A stretch of DNA of 60,988 nt from Entomortierella parvispora E1425. Lineage: Eukaryota > Fungi > Mortierellomycota. The translations under genes and the position numbers were made by a program. The notes beneath the pieces were generated by a model. That model was not told the DNA's origin, made no database searches, and saw only the letters and a program-made list of their open reading frames with translations. The stretch lies in contig BQFW01000018.1 in NCBI GenBank assembly GCA_020891255.1, forward strand, positions 1 through 60,988, written 5' to 3'. Each line of letters starts with the position of its first letter. The first letter of the stretch is position 1. Positions 13,510 to 24,423 of this stretch are shown here, in pieces.

Positions 13510-15560
13510 ATCCTTGATTCTCGTCCTTCTTCTCCTTGCCCTTCTTGGTGGGGGTCACTGCGTTGAGGGCCATTTAGATCATGTTCTGGCCCCTGTTAGC
13601 ACCGGCACCAGATCCTCTTGGCCTGCCCCGACCCCTCTTGGCTGGCGAAGGCTGACTGCTGCTGCTGCCGGCCTCTTCTTGTGCAGGCACAGAAGAGGAG
13701 ATAGCAGAGCTGGACCTCTTGTGCAAGCTGAGTTGAGAGGGAGTAGAAGAGGAGGCTCCCGCCTGTGAGAGTGAGGAAGAGGAGGCTCCTGCCTGTGAGT
13801 GTGTGGGGGAAGCCCCTGCTCTGCTGCTCTGACCAAAAGCATAGAGAGGAGCTCCAGCAGTGGAGCTACTGCTCTTGATGGACACCGCAGATGCGACCTA
13901 TAGTAGTAAATGATGTAAAGAATATGAGTTAAATGTCTTGACGTGTGCTAGCCGGTGCAGTACCTCTTTACCGAAGATGGAACCACAGGCAGAGTATCAT
14001 AGGCCCGCGTTTGGCTAGGTGCTACCCCTTGTGCAGGAGACATGGAGGACAAGAATGTTGCGAGGGCAGCCTAAGAGCCAAGATTTTTTTTTAAAAAAAA
14101 AAACGTTAGAAACAACGGCGGCAAAAAGAGATCAAGGAACTTTCTGTCATTACCCGTGGCCCTTCCTCTGGCATGGGTCTCTCCTCGGCCGAAATGATGG
14201 AGGTGGTTAGCGTCATGCGAACCAACTATAATAGAGAAGGAGGAAAAGGAGCCAGAAGTAAGTTGTTACGTGGAGTAAAAGACTGTTCAATGAGTTGTGA
14301 TGCTGTACATCCGCCTCGGCCGGATCCGAGCGTGTGAGGGGGGATGGGGAATGGGCGGAATAGTTTTGCAACACCGAAGGGAGGTGTTGTGGTGGGAGTG
14401 GGGGTGGTGTTGTTGGTGTGGGACCTTGTCTTTGGGTTGAATCGGATGACTCCTTTATGGTGCGGATGAAGAACGTAGAAAAGACAAAAGGTTCAACAAA
14501 AGAAGCAGTAGATATAAGGAATACTGTAGATGTAACCATGGGGGCTCTTTACTTACCGAAACATAGGATCCAGACCCGTAACCGAATGACCGCGGTGAAC
14601 GACCGGACAAGACCTGAAGAAGAAGGAAGGATGGAAAGAGTGAGCAAAAAAGTAGATTTGGTCAGTGAAAGACTTTCTTTTTTTCTTTTCGTTTTTTTTT
14701 TTTTTTTTTTTTTTTGGCCTTCATTGTGAGGATCCACTGTGGTGAGGTCGTGCCCATGAAAAGAGATTGAAAAAAAAAAAAAAAGACGAATTACCTCATG
14801 ACGTCCCAAGAGAGGCGTGTCATACAGCTCGAATTCTTCGTCATAGGTGAACCGAGGGTTCTCTGGGCGCCTGGACGATGGGCGGTATTGCTGAAACTCA
14901 GATGAGGGCAAGGTGCAGGTTGGGAGCGGGAATCATACTCCCAGTCTCTGGCGTAAGAGGCCTCCCGCTGTTGGATAGTCCTGACCAGAGTGGGTGCTGA
15001 ACCATCATCGGGTGTCTCAGTCACCTGGGCAAGAGAAGGTATGATGGAGGGTGAGCCACCTCTTCTCAGTTGTGCAAGTATAGCATATAGCAACAACAAT
15101 GAAAAAGAAGAAAAACAAAAGAGAAAAAATAAAAGCTGGAAATACGAACCGTCTGTCCAAAAGCTCGCGCGACCGGCAAGTTCTCGAACGAAGGTGTGCA
15201 GGGAATGATCCTGGCTGGACCTTCGAGAACAAACTTGTGGGTGAACCCACGGCCCTGAACCTCATATTCGTTAATCATATAGTGTCCGCAGAAATCATTG
15301 ACATCTCCCGCCTTGATTTTGCCGCTGATCATGTCCCGCACGAGCTGCTGATGGGGGCTTGGAGGAATTTTGGCGCGATCAACATAAGACAAAATTATTT
15401 TGGCCTTGGGGCTGGTCCCTTGGCAGGGCATCTTCACAGAGATGATAATGTCCGACGTGGGGCTGTTGTCCTTCCTCACAGGCGAATCAGTGATGACGAG
15501 CATGGTAGAGTTGATGTAGATGGAGTGGTGTGGAGAAAGAGAGCGATAGTGGCAAAAAAA
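13510..15560 (-). pseudogene. Multi-exon gene or remnant: possible beta-rich (OB-like) N-terminal exon, Ser/Pro-rich middle, C-terminal AT-hook; copy 1
   Basis: AT-hook KRGRGRPRG at ~13615-13640. Exon-like ORF pieces separated by poly-T/GT-AG gaps. Frameshift relative to copy 2 near the 3' end. Gene model uncertain; the OB call is a guess. Confidence 0.4.
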
Positions 15561-16490
15561 AAAAAAAAAAAAAGGCTTAAAAAAGCTTAAAAAGGCGTCC
15601 ACTGACTGTTTTGCCAGGAGGGTCTCGAGTACTTGCCGCTTTGGATGCTCCACGGGAAGGTTGTGATTGTGCCATGGCTGTGTAGTCGAGTTCGAGGTCT
15701 AAAGGAGGTCAAAGGATGCCTTAGATGCGTGGTTGGAGAGAGATAGGACAGAGAAAAGTGTCGCGTCCAGGTCGCGTCCAGTCCGCGTCCGAGCGGGGTT
15801 TTTGTTCATCCTAGGCAGCGCGTCTTACCTTGAAGTAAAAGCGATTATGAATGCAGCTCTGAGTGCAAGTGTTTGTTTTTTGGCGCAAAGAGTGGTGGTT
15901 GTAGCTGCGTTGGTGCGAGAAAGGATGGAGGAACAGGCTGAACAGAGCCAAAAAAGAGAACCGAAAAAACTGGACCTTCTGACGTCACCGAATTATTTTT
16001 CGCAAAAATAAAGTCACTCAAGAAGCTCAATGTTGGCCCAATGCGATGCTCCTCACCTTTGCCCTGTTCTTTGTATGGTCGACCATTGTACCCTTCTATC
16101 GTTCCTTTTGACTCGAGCACAACATGACAGAATAAAGAAGGTACACAAGTGGTCATTGAGCCAATCATATGGTTCAGTTGGGGGATTACTCGTGTTGTCA
16201 TTAATGGATGGTCCATGCCTTTGCTCAATGCCTGTGGACATTTTCTAAAAGAGCTGCAGGCGTCGACGACAATGAGGACGTATCAGAGTCGCCGTCATTG
16301 CAGGGACGATTGTCACAAAGTCGTAGCAGTGGCCATGGTCTTTTCGGCTCGAGTTCGTCTGCATCTGCATCGCGCCAGCGGTGAGTGGGTTGTTTCATGT
16401 GGAGTGACTTTTGGGAAATGCTGCCGTGAACTCAACAACCGACTCCATTGCCTTTATGCATATAGACATCCTAGCAGGGGCGACTCTAGT

Positions 16491-17940
16491 ATGGAGCAGC
16501 TGGAAAGGCTTGGATCAGCACTGTCCATTGAGGACCCCAGAGAGTCTCCAGCGCCCTCGACGGGCTTGATGTCGGGCACCCAGGAAGCAGAGGACGATGG
16601 CAATGACCATGGCAGCGACAATGAGGAGAACGCATCAGCCCTGGCTGGACAAGGACCGTCGCCGCCGCCACAACAACGACGCCAACGCCGACGATGGGCG
16701 CCGCCAGCCCAGCCACCGCCTGTCCTCCATCCGAAGACATACAGGAGCAGCCTAGAGAATGCTCAACGTCCCCCTGAATATTTTTGCTTCGTGTGCTGCC
16801 GGATCCTCTTTCGGGAAGAGACGGTGCCCCTGATTGTGGCAGAAGCACTGCAAGAAGCACTGCAAGTGGACCCTGCCTTTGATCTCGACGCTGCACAATG
16901 GCCCTGTTTGCAATACGGTGTCGAACCAACAAGGAAAAGAAACGACCTCACGGCGTGCAAGTCCCACCAGTATCTGTCCAACAAATCATTGGAATGGTAT
17001 GTGTCTCTCGCCCCCTTTTTTTTTCTTTTTTTTAAAAAAAAACCTTCCCCTCATATTAACGGTCTGTATGTTTCAATCTAGATGGCCTTTGTCAATGATA
17101 ACTGGGGGAATCCTCTGAGACGGGTGGATCAGCATGGCAACGTTGTCTTGGAAAACGTTCCAGTGGCGCTCAGAGGACTGTACTGGAGCGATTTTCGATA
17201 CCTGTGTCGGGTCATGACCTTTAGTTCGTTGAGCCTTCAGTCCCTGGTCAGCCCCTGTCTTTTCCATGCGTCAGTGGACATGTCTTAATCTACCGATCAA
17301 GGTCATCGCTCAACTCCAATGCGGGCATGACCTCGTTCGTTCAGGATGCGACAGTACGTCCCGCCGACCGGAACCGCATCATCAGGGCGTGGAACTGGCT
17401 CCGTGTCCACAATCCAGAGTGACTGAATTGTCCGCCAGTACTAGCCATGCCGGAGCAGATTGGGGTGGCCCTTGTGAACATTGGGACTGATCAGGCCGAG
17501 CATCCGGTCCAGCTGAATTTCCCAGGAGTTTTTTGTGCAGGCATGGACCCAGGTCCTAGGGCCGCGGACGCCGAGATGGAGAACTTGGTCGTAGGCGTGA
17601 ATGTAGAGGATGACACAGGAGTGACCTTCAAGAGCCCCACGCTGATGCTCAATCTCTTTCCCGATCTCTTTCCGTATGGGCATGTGACTTCAAATTGGAG
17701 CATTACAAGACAAACCTGCGACAGGCACCAGAGGCTGTGCAGGGAGAACACATTCCAATGGAACCAGAAGGGGAGTAAGAAGTCATAGACGCTGAAGCAG
17801 AGGAGCTTCCAGAATTTGAACCCTTTGACTTTGAACCATTTGACATTGACAAGCTTGCCCTGGATCCAGACCAGGGCAAGGACGTCAGCATCGACAGCGA
17901 CCCTGACGGCGATGACGACGAAGATTCTGATGTGGATATA
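16491..17940 (+). pseudogene. Helitron2-type RepHel N-terminal region, copy 1, truncated by a 28S fragment
   Basis: CxxCxR..L (FCFVCCRILF), intron at ~16996-17081, RAWNWLRVHNP and LFPDLFPYG motifs in shifted frames; stops in the acidic tract at the 28S piece. Confidence 0.7.
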
Positions 17941-17950
17941 GTGGCCGTGT

Positions 17951-18020
17951 GAAGAGCCGACATCGAAGGATCAAAAAGCAACGTCGCAATAAACGCTTGG
18001 ATGCCACAAGCCAGTAATCC
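17951..18020 (-). rRNA. 70-bp diverged 28S fragment ending at the common target site
   Basis: GAAGAGCCGACATCG...GCCACAAGCCAGTAATCC vs intact 49101-49170; 4 substitutions. Confidence 0.9.
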
Positions 18021-18039
18021 ACAAATGCCTGCCGTTTTA

Positions 18040-18300
18040 TCTCTTTTTACTGCGCCCCTCGTTCTTTCCCATCTCTCTTTCACTGCACCTCCTCGCTCTT
18101 CTCCATCTCTCTTTCACTGCACCTCCTCGTTCTTCTCCATCTCTCTTTCACTGCACCTCCTCGTTCTTCTCCATCTCTCTTTCACTGCACCTCCTCGTTC
18201 TTCTTCATCTCTTTTTCACTGCACCTCCTCGTTCTTTCCCATCTCTCTTTCACTGCACCCCCTCGTTCTTGTCCCATCTCCCGTTTACTGCACCCCCTTT
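18040..18300 (+). repeat. 34-bp CT-rich tandem repeat (~8 copies, core CACTGCACCTCCTCG)
   Basis: CACTGC recurs at 18081, 18115 and onward with period 34. Confidence 0.85.
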
Positions 18301-18425
18301 AACTTTTTGTCATCCATCAATTTTTTTGCATCATCTCAGTTGCTCTGGTGCCCCCCTGATTTGCTTTCTCTCTCCATGATGGAATGACAACTCGATTTGT
18401 TTCGCTTTTTGCAACCCTCCTCATG

Positions 18426-18433
18426 TATATAAA
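18426..18433 (+). promoter_or_regulatory. TATA box upstream of secreted-protein gene 1
   Basis: TATATAAA followed ~40 bp later by CAACTACTGTA; same layout as 40025-40130. Confidence 0.45.
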
Positions 18434-18834
18434 GAGGTTATAACTGCTCCACTTCCTGTACTAACACCAACTACTGTATCTGAGACACTACAGGCACCGC
18501 TACAAGTGCCGCCACACGATCTCTCTTGCAGAATCCTTGCAAGACAACTACCAACAACGCTCAAACGAACGCCAGCAGAAGACTCGTACAACCTCCCCCT
18601 GGGTCCCTAAGAGTGCTGCAGACCCTTTTCAAGGACTCCCTGGCGCGTTACCAAGCAGACTTGCATAACCCTCGTACAATCCTACACATTCTTTCCACTT
18701 ACTCCTGTAAGTACTACATGTAATACATGATGGATCGTGATTAATTTAGTGGTAACAGTGAGTTATATGAAACTTAATACTGATCCCTGGCAACCGTATA
18801 CAGTAATACTACTATCTCTGAAAGACGAAGCAGC

Positions 18835-19179
18835 ATGCTGAGGCTTATTGTGACAGCAATTTTACTTGAATTTGCATTGATCAGAGCAGCATCACTTTGT
18901 AATCAACGTACATGCATTAACATTGAAGGTCAAGGTCTTCATGTCGACTCGGTATCTGCTATTACCACTCCTGGCGGCGAATTTTATGGACACTTTCACG
19001 TATATGGTGGTGGATTGAATCAGAATAGCGCTGTTAGATCCTGGGGATACCAGCAAAAATACACTGTGACGGTGGGTAGTGATCTCCCAAATAGAAGTGT
19101 TATTTGTGCTGAAGGATGGGAACACACTTCAAGTGGTCTTCATCTTAGGGGTCGCGCATGTGAACAAATTAGCTCCTAG
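18835..19179 (+). CDS. Small secreted protein 1 (114 aa, signal peptide, 4 Cys in mature part)
   Basis: Intronless ATG-TAG ORF; hydrophobic N-terminus MLRLIVTAILLEFALIRA; CNQRTC..GLHVDSV..GHFHV..CAEGW..GRAC. Confidence 0.8.
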   Translation: MLRLIVTAILLEFALIRAASLCNQRTCINIEGQGLHVDSVSAITTPGGEFYGHFHVYGGGLNQNSAVRSWGYQQKYTVTVGSDLPNRSVICAEGWEHTSSGLHLRGRACEQISS

Positions 19180-19310
19180 CTAAAAGTTCAGCATAGAGCT
19201 TTTTTTAGAAATACAGTACAGTAGGCTCTTTTTTTTTTGCTTTCGTCTGTGATACAGTATCCATCATATGTAAAAGGCCCAGACCCTCTACGAGGACATG
19301 ACCGCCTTCA

Positions 19311-19363
19311 ACGTTCCCTATTAGTGGGTGAACAATCCGACGCTTACTGAATTCTGCTTCAGT

Positions 19364-19399
<36 letters not shown>

Positions 19400-19438
19400 A
19401 ACGTCGCTATGAACGCTTGGCTGCCACAAGCCAGTTAT
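19311..19438 (-). rRNA. 128-bp 28S fragment ending at the common target site
   Basis: ACGTTCCCTATTAG...CCAGTTAT identical to intact 49041-49168 except one base. Confidence 0.95.
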
Positions 19439-19744
19439 TCAGCTGTCTGGCGGTGGCCCGCAGCAGCGACTGAGACAAAAAAAAGGCAGAGTTCGATCAG
19501 TCTCGTCCACGCGGAGGATCCTTGAACTATGTCAATTAGGTGGGGTATGATCATTTGAAGAACTTTGGAACCTGGGGCCATGATCAGAATCCAGAGAACT
19601 ATGACGTCAACTTTGGTTCCTCGTGCTGGAGCTACTTCATCGACAACATCGATTTCTTTAGGAGTGTCATCACCAACCTGGAGCCTCGACTTGCAATGCT
19701 GGAAGGCGCTGTGGGAGCTTTAGACCCTGACGACCTCACTCTCA

Positions 19745-19880
19745 TCCATGAACGGATACTGGATTACGAAATGGCTTGTTTTCTGGAAAGGCTACACCCT
19801 CGGCGACGCCACTTGGGAACCAAAACGGCGTCTCATAAATGCCCAAGAAGCATTCGCAGAGTTTGAACGCACCAGAAAAC
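19745..19880 (+). pseudogene. Chromodomain remnant (frameshifted)
   Basis: ERILDY / KWLVFWKGYTLGDATWEPKRRLINAQEAFAEF fits the chromo consensus YLVKWKGY..ATWEP..NL. Confidence 0.7.
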
Positions 19881-20069
19881 CTTGCCGTTGTGTTGTTGCT
19901 AATGTAAAGATAAATATGCATTACTATGAACTCAGACTATTTCCAGGACAGAGATCTGATATGCAAATCCACTACACCACAACGTTAGAAGCACGTTGTA
20001 GTCCTTGACATCCAAAAGCTTCCGAGCCGAGAAAGAAACTTGTATGGATCGATGAAAAGAACCGGAGCG

Positions 20070-20650
20070 TCAGGTCATGAGACAGGGACAAGGTGCTGAG
20101 CCCTCTTCCGTTCGGGGGCAAGTTCAGGACCTGGGGCCCTAGTACCTTGATTGTAGGTCGTCCCCACATGTGTCTTTCTCATGGTGCCATCGGGAACCCG
20201 GTATCTTGGATACATCTCGGGCATCATGACATCAAAGTTGGTCCCCCGAGCTAAACCTATGTAAGGTTGGTGGCGTGGGGTTGGCTTTTCGATGCTTTTA
20301 GGGTCGTTTGGGGCCCTTTTTCGGTGGCAAGGTCAAATCCTGGGGCCCTGGTACCTTGGCTCATAGTAGTCCTCGGCTGCAGCTATCTGATGATGCCGTC
20401 AGGAAGTTGACTGTGCTAGACCCATGTAAAATAAGCTATTTTTTTTTCTCTTTGGTGGATCATAGTTCGATGAGTAATGGTTCAATCGTCTTCCTTTGAT
20501 CTTTATTGGAGGGGCACCATTGAGTAGGGTGTGTGGTACAACTTGTAGAAGTCTGGGTTATGAATGGAAGGAGCAAAGATGATGCATGTGTCTTTGCCAG
20601 TCATTTTGCATGGAGCAAGCACCATTTTGTGCAAATAGGGTACCCCTTAA
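20070..20650 (+). repeat. IGS-derived block followed by one ~250-bp repeat unit ending TAGGGTACCCCTTAA
   Basis: 20070-20400 matches IGS 56590-56880; 20410-20650 has the family motifs. Confidence 0.8.
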
Positions 20651-20893
20651 GCATACGTCATCGGTCTCTCATTGGCTGGGATTGAGGCAACAGTTGGCCC
20701 ATCCACGCGCGCATGCGCGCTTGTCCTCCTTTCCTCCATACATACGACGCTGCCCCATTGTTCTTTATCTCCCATCGCAGCCCTCATTCTTCGCCTATCC
20801 AGCAGTCTTCAGGCAAGTGTTCCTCTTCTCCTCATTCAACCAAAGCGTTCCCATTCCCTTCCGGCTGCTCGATTGGGGTTATTTTTGGAATGG

Positions 20894-21277
20894 TCGCAGC
20901 ACTCAAACAACAACCAAGGTTGGCCTAATCCCTCCCATGCTCGTGAGGGAGAGTGACCACGGTCCGTTTGATTAGGATTGTTTGCAGTTGATCGCATATT
21001 TGTACACAAATGACCCTTTAGCTTGGGAATATTCGCAATCGCAGCACTCAAACAACAACCACGGTTGGCCTAATCCCTCCCATGCTCGTGAGGGAGAGTG
21101 ACCACGGTCCGTTTGATTAGGATTGTTTGCAGTTGATCGCATATTTGTACACAAATGACCCTTTAGCTTGGGAATATTCGCAATCGCAGCACTCAAACAA
21201 CAACCACGGTTGGCCTAATCCCTCCCATGCTCGTGAGGGAGAGTGACCACGGTCCGTTTGATTAGGATTGTTTGCAG
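20894..21277 (+). repeat. 145-bp near-perfect tandem repeat, ~2.7 copies
   Basis: TCGCAGCACTCAAAC starts at 20894, 21039 and 21184. Confidence 0.95.
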
Positions 21278-21505
21278 CTGATTGTTCATTCGCAGATCAT
21301 CATTTGACCCTGAATCATCTCAGCTCGGAACACCTCAAATACCATCCAAGTGCATTAATTCTTGTTTATAGATCAAATGGGGAAGGTGCGTCTCACTCTT
21401 GCTGCATTTAGAAAAGCCAGCCCACTTGATCTTGGTCCGGTTTCATTCGTTCAGTGGGCCCGCGGTCAAGGCAATAAGCAGTTTTTGCATAGCAATTACA
21501 TTGCG

Positions 21506-23427
21506 ATGGCCTCTGATGCGGCCTCCTCCGAGGATTTGGATTCAAAGGCGACCGGAGAGCAGATGCTGAAGCTATGGGTGAAGGAAAAGGCTGCGTTGAA
21601 GAATTTCTGGAAGGACCAGGAGCCTCTAAGAAAGCTGCGGGTACGTCCAAATATTTATTTGATGCTGGTGTTAGTATGCTACCTTTCAGGCAAGCCACTA
21701 ACTTGCCTTGTATTTTCCTTAGACTAGGAACATCATATCAGCCGCAAAAGACTCCTCCAAGCTGCAGAAGGCAGTCGGTCGACATCAACTTCGCCAGGCG
21801 CTCATAGAACTCCAGCAGGAACAGGCGCACGAGCAAGTGCGGGAGCAAGAGCAGGAGCAGGAGAAGGCGCACAAACAACCAGGACAGCAGCAGCAGAAGG
21901 ATGATGTCCCTTTCTGCGCGAATGGTACCCCCATTCCATCCGATTCAGACGACGAAAACTATTCACAAAAGTCAAGCGCAAGGACTTCGTTTGGATCAAC
22001 TGGACCTTTGGAAGGCAGGAGCAATATTGACGGGCCAGGCGAGCCATCATCCAAGCTTCATGGTAACGCTTTATATATCAAAGGCGTGGACGTATCTACC
22101 AGACTTATGACTGCTCGCATCACCAATATGTCTCATCAAAGCGTCTTGCATGAGACCCACGATCTTTTGTAAGTTCATGCTCCCGCTCTCCTTGGCTTAT
22201 TTAATGACCATGAGAATAACGAACTTACTGTGGCCTTTTTATTTTCTTTCTTTTTTTTTTTTATTCGCCTAGGTCCCTCAATTTTATTTTCACAAAAACA
22301 CTCATCGAGCATTGTTTCCAGGACACCAGGGAGAATGAGATCGTGGCTCAACTTCTCAAAGCCGATGTGCCTGAAGTACCACAACAGGACATTGACATCG
22401 TTGTCAAATTGGCGATTGCAGCAGCATCTCAGGAATATCTTGATTTCAAGACGATGTTGAGAGGATCAGGTCTGGATCTGAGTGGCCTAGCGGGTGATAT
22501 TCTAATCACATATACTGCTACCAATGCCTTATGGCAAGATCGGACACCGCTGGCCCATAACGAAGACACGTACATTAAACGGTCGGTCATCCCAATGATT
22601 GATGCAGTTTTTGGTGCTTTGGAGGTTGTACAACATTGGTAAGCCAATCCTCAGGAAATCGTTTAAATCTCCAGCGCATTGTCTATGCTCATACTTTCTA
22701 ACTGCTTCCCGCTTCCTTTCAGGCAACGTGACCAACTGCCAGTCCCGAGTGGTTATGAAGAAGTATTACAGCCTGACTTCTTCGCTGAGGTCAACAACTT
22801 GTGCTTCGCAATCATGGAGGTTAAGAAGCCAAATATGACAATCGCCGATATCGAGGACGATACCCGCAAGCTCCCATGCATGATGAAGATTGCCCTCAAC
22901 ATGCTCATTCACAGGAACGTAAAAGATCCAACTGTACTCGGGTTTCTTGTGAACGGTAAGCCTACGCAGAGAAGCACGAAGAGTACTCATGTTATTTTGC
23001 ATCAGCGATTGACTTGATGGCATTCAACAATCTTCGCTGTTAACACAAATACACCTCATATTTACGAACAGAGAACATTTGTGAGGTTTTCACTCTGAAC
23101 TTGGAGCACGAAGCTATCTATATCCCAAAAAGCCTTGGACGATTCAAGCTCCCGCAAAACCGGCTCGACATCCCCGCACTGCTGCTGGCTCTTGGTCCAC
23201 TGGCTGCAGCCAAGGTAAGTATTGCAATATTCTCATGTAATGTATTACAAGTGATTCTAGCTCTGTATTTATCTTTAACCACATTCTTTTCAAAGAAAAT
23301 CGCATCGACTATGGCCACATCAATCAAGATGCGTCCACGTTTCGGAGCAGGGAAGTACAGCCTTCTGACCCGGCCATCGTACTATGTCTTTGGCAGCAAC
23401 GTCCCTTCAAGTAGTTCAAAAACGTAG
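21506..23427 (+). CDS. PD-(D/E)xK nuclease B, multi-exon
   Basis: Exons separated by GT-AG introns (donors ~21641, 22170, 22638, 22956, 23214). NEDTYIKRSVIPMI, QPDFFAEVNNLCFAIMEVKK, DTRKLPCMMK. Stop at 23425-23427. Confidence 0.7.
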
Positions 23428-24423
23428 TGGTGAACCGTCACACTGGCCAATGGGACAGGATATGCAGCTGCTGCGAGGCCATCTTACTCTCCTTTTGCAT
23501 ATGTCGCAATAAACTTAGCTGGATTGCAAATGCTTCTAAGAAGATGTAGAAATGGATGAGCTTGTAAAGAAGGAAAAGGACAGTTGGGCTGATACACATT
23601 TATGTCTGAGTGTATGTGCGTGTGCGTGTAAAGTGCGTACCTGGGCGGCTGAAAGGGAAGAGATGACGATGAGGGCTGCGGCACTGGGTATGCATTGTTC
23701 GGGTGGTTGGGAGGCGATATAAAATATCGGTAGACTTCACGTCCGCAAATAGTGATAACTGTGATAATTTTCCTCTAACCCAAGGAATATCTCAAAAAGG
23801 TCAGTGCAGACCCCTTCCAACGCAGAAGATGAAGAGAATAGCAAGAACAAGGTAGGCTACTTTTGTGGCCTTTTGACTTGCATTCCTTGCAATATGGCCT
23901 CTGATCCAGATGAATGAATCTCCATGTCGGACACGAGTCTAACTCTCCTTTTTTTTTTGTCTTTTCAGACTCTAGGTCAACTGCTGCAATGGATCCCCTT
24001 CCCTGACTGTTGTAAGAGATCCTGTGTATGACAGACTACAAGGTAGGCACCTCCTCTGACCTCATGATGTTCGCTCCTTCCAACATGGAGTTTTGATCCA
24101 GATGAATTGAACTCCATGTCGGACACGAGTCTTACTTTTCTTGACGCTAGGCCAACTTTCTGCCATCCCTGACCGTTGTAAGAGATGCTCTATACAACAG
24201 ACAACAAGGCAAGCTACTCTTCTGACCTTCTGACCTCCATTCCTGGACCTTTGATCCAGATCAATGAAACTCCATTTTTTTATTATTGACAAGGGGCCTA
24301 TGAAATGTGACCAAAGCCACTGTTCCAGCCGCATGCTTCTGCATCCAGAGCCGTACACGACCGTTGCGTTGCGTTGCTCTCCTCTTTTTTTTAAAGAGAA
24401 GAACCCGAGGTCCAGGTCGCCGT

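Larger units (their letters stand above)
11805..17939 (+). repeat. ~6.1-kb segmental duplication, copy 1 (copy 2 at ~24424-30514)
   Basis: Colinear near-identical sequence and near-identical ORF translations in both places. Confidence 0.9.
12731..19310 (+). mobile_element. Putative Helitron2-derived module bounded by 29-bp subterminal inverted repeats
   Basis: IR at 12775-12803 and 19280-19308 (28/29 match); contains the RepHel 5' part, a 28S fragment and a secreted-protein gene. Boundaries inferred. Confidence 0.4.

Noticed and set aside
20894-21277. CRISPR-like arrays here, at 43849-44180 or in the 250-bp clusters
   Set aside because: Units are contiguous without unique spacers, the genome is eukaryotic, and there are no cas genes.
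23860-24300. Imperfect ~190-bp local duplication, also similar to ~9130-9340
   Set aside because: Real similarity, but no assignable product or boundary; too weak to interpret.
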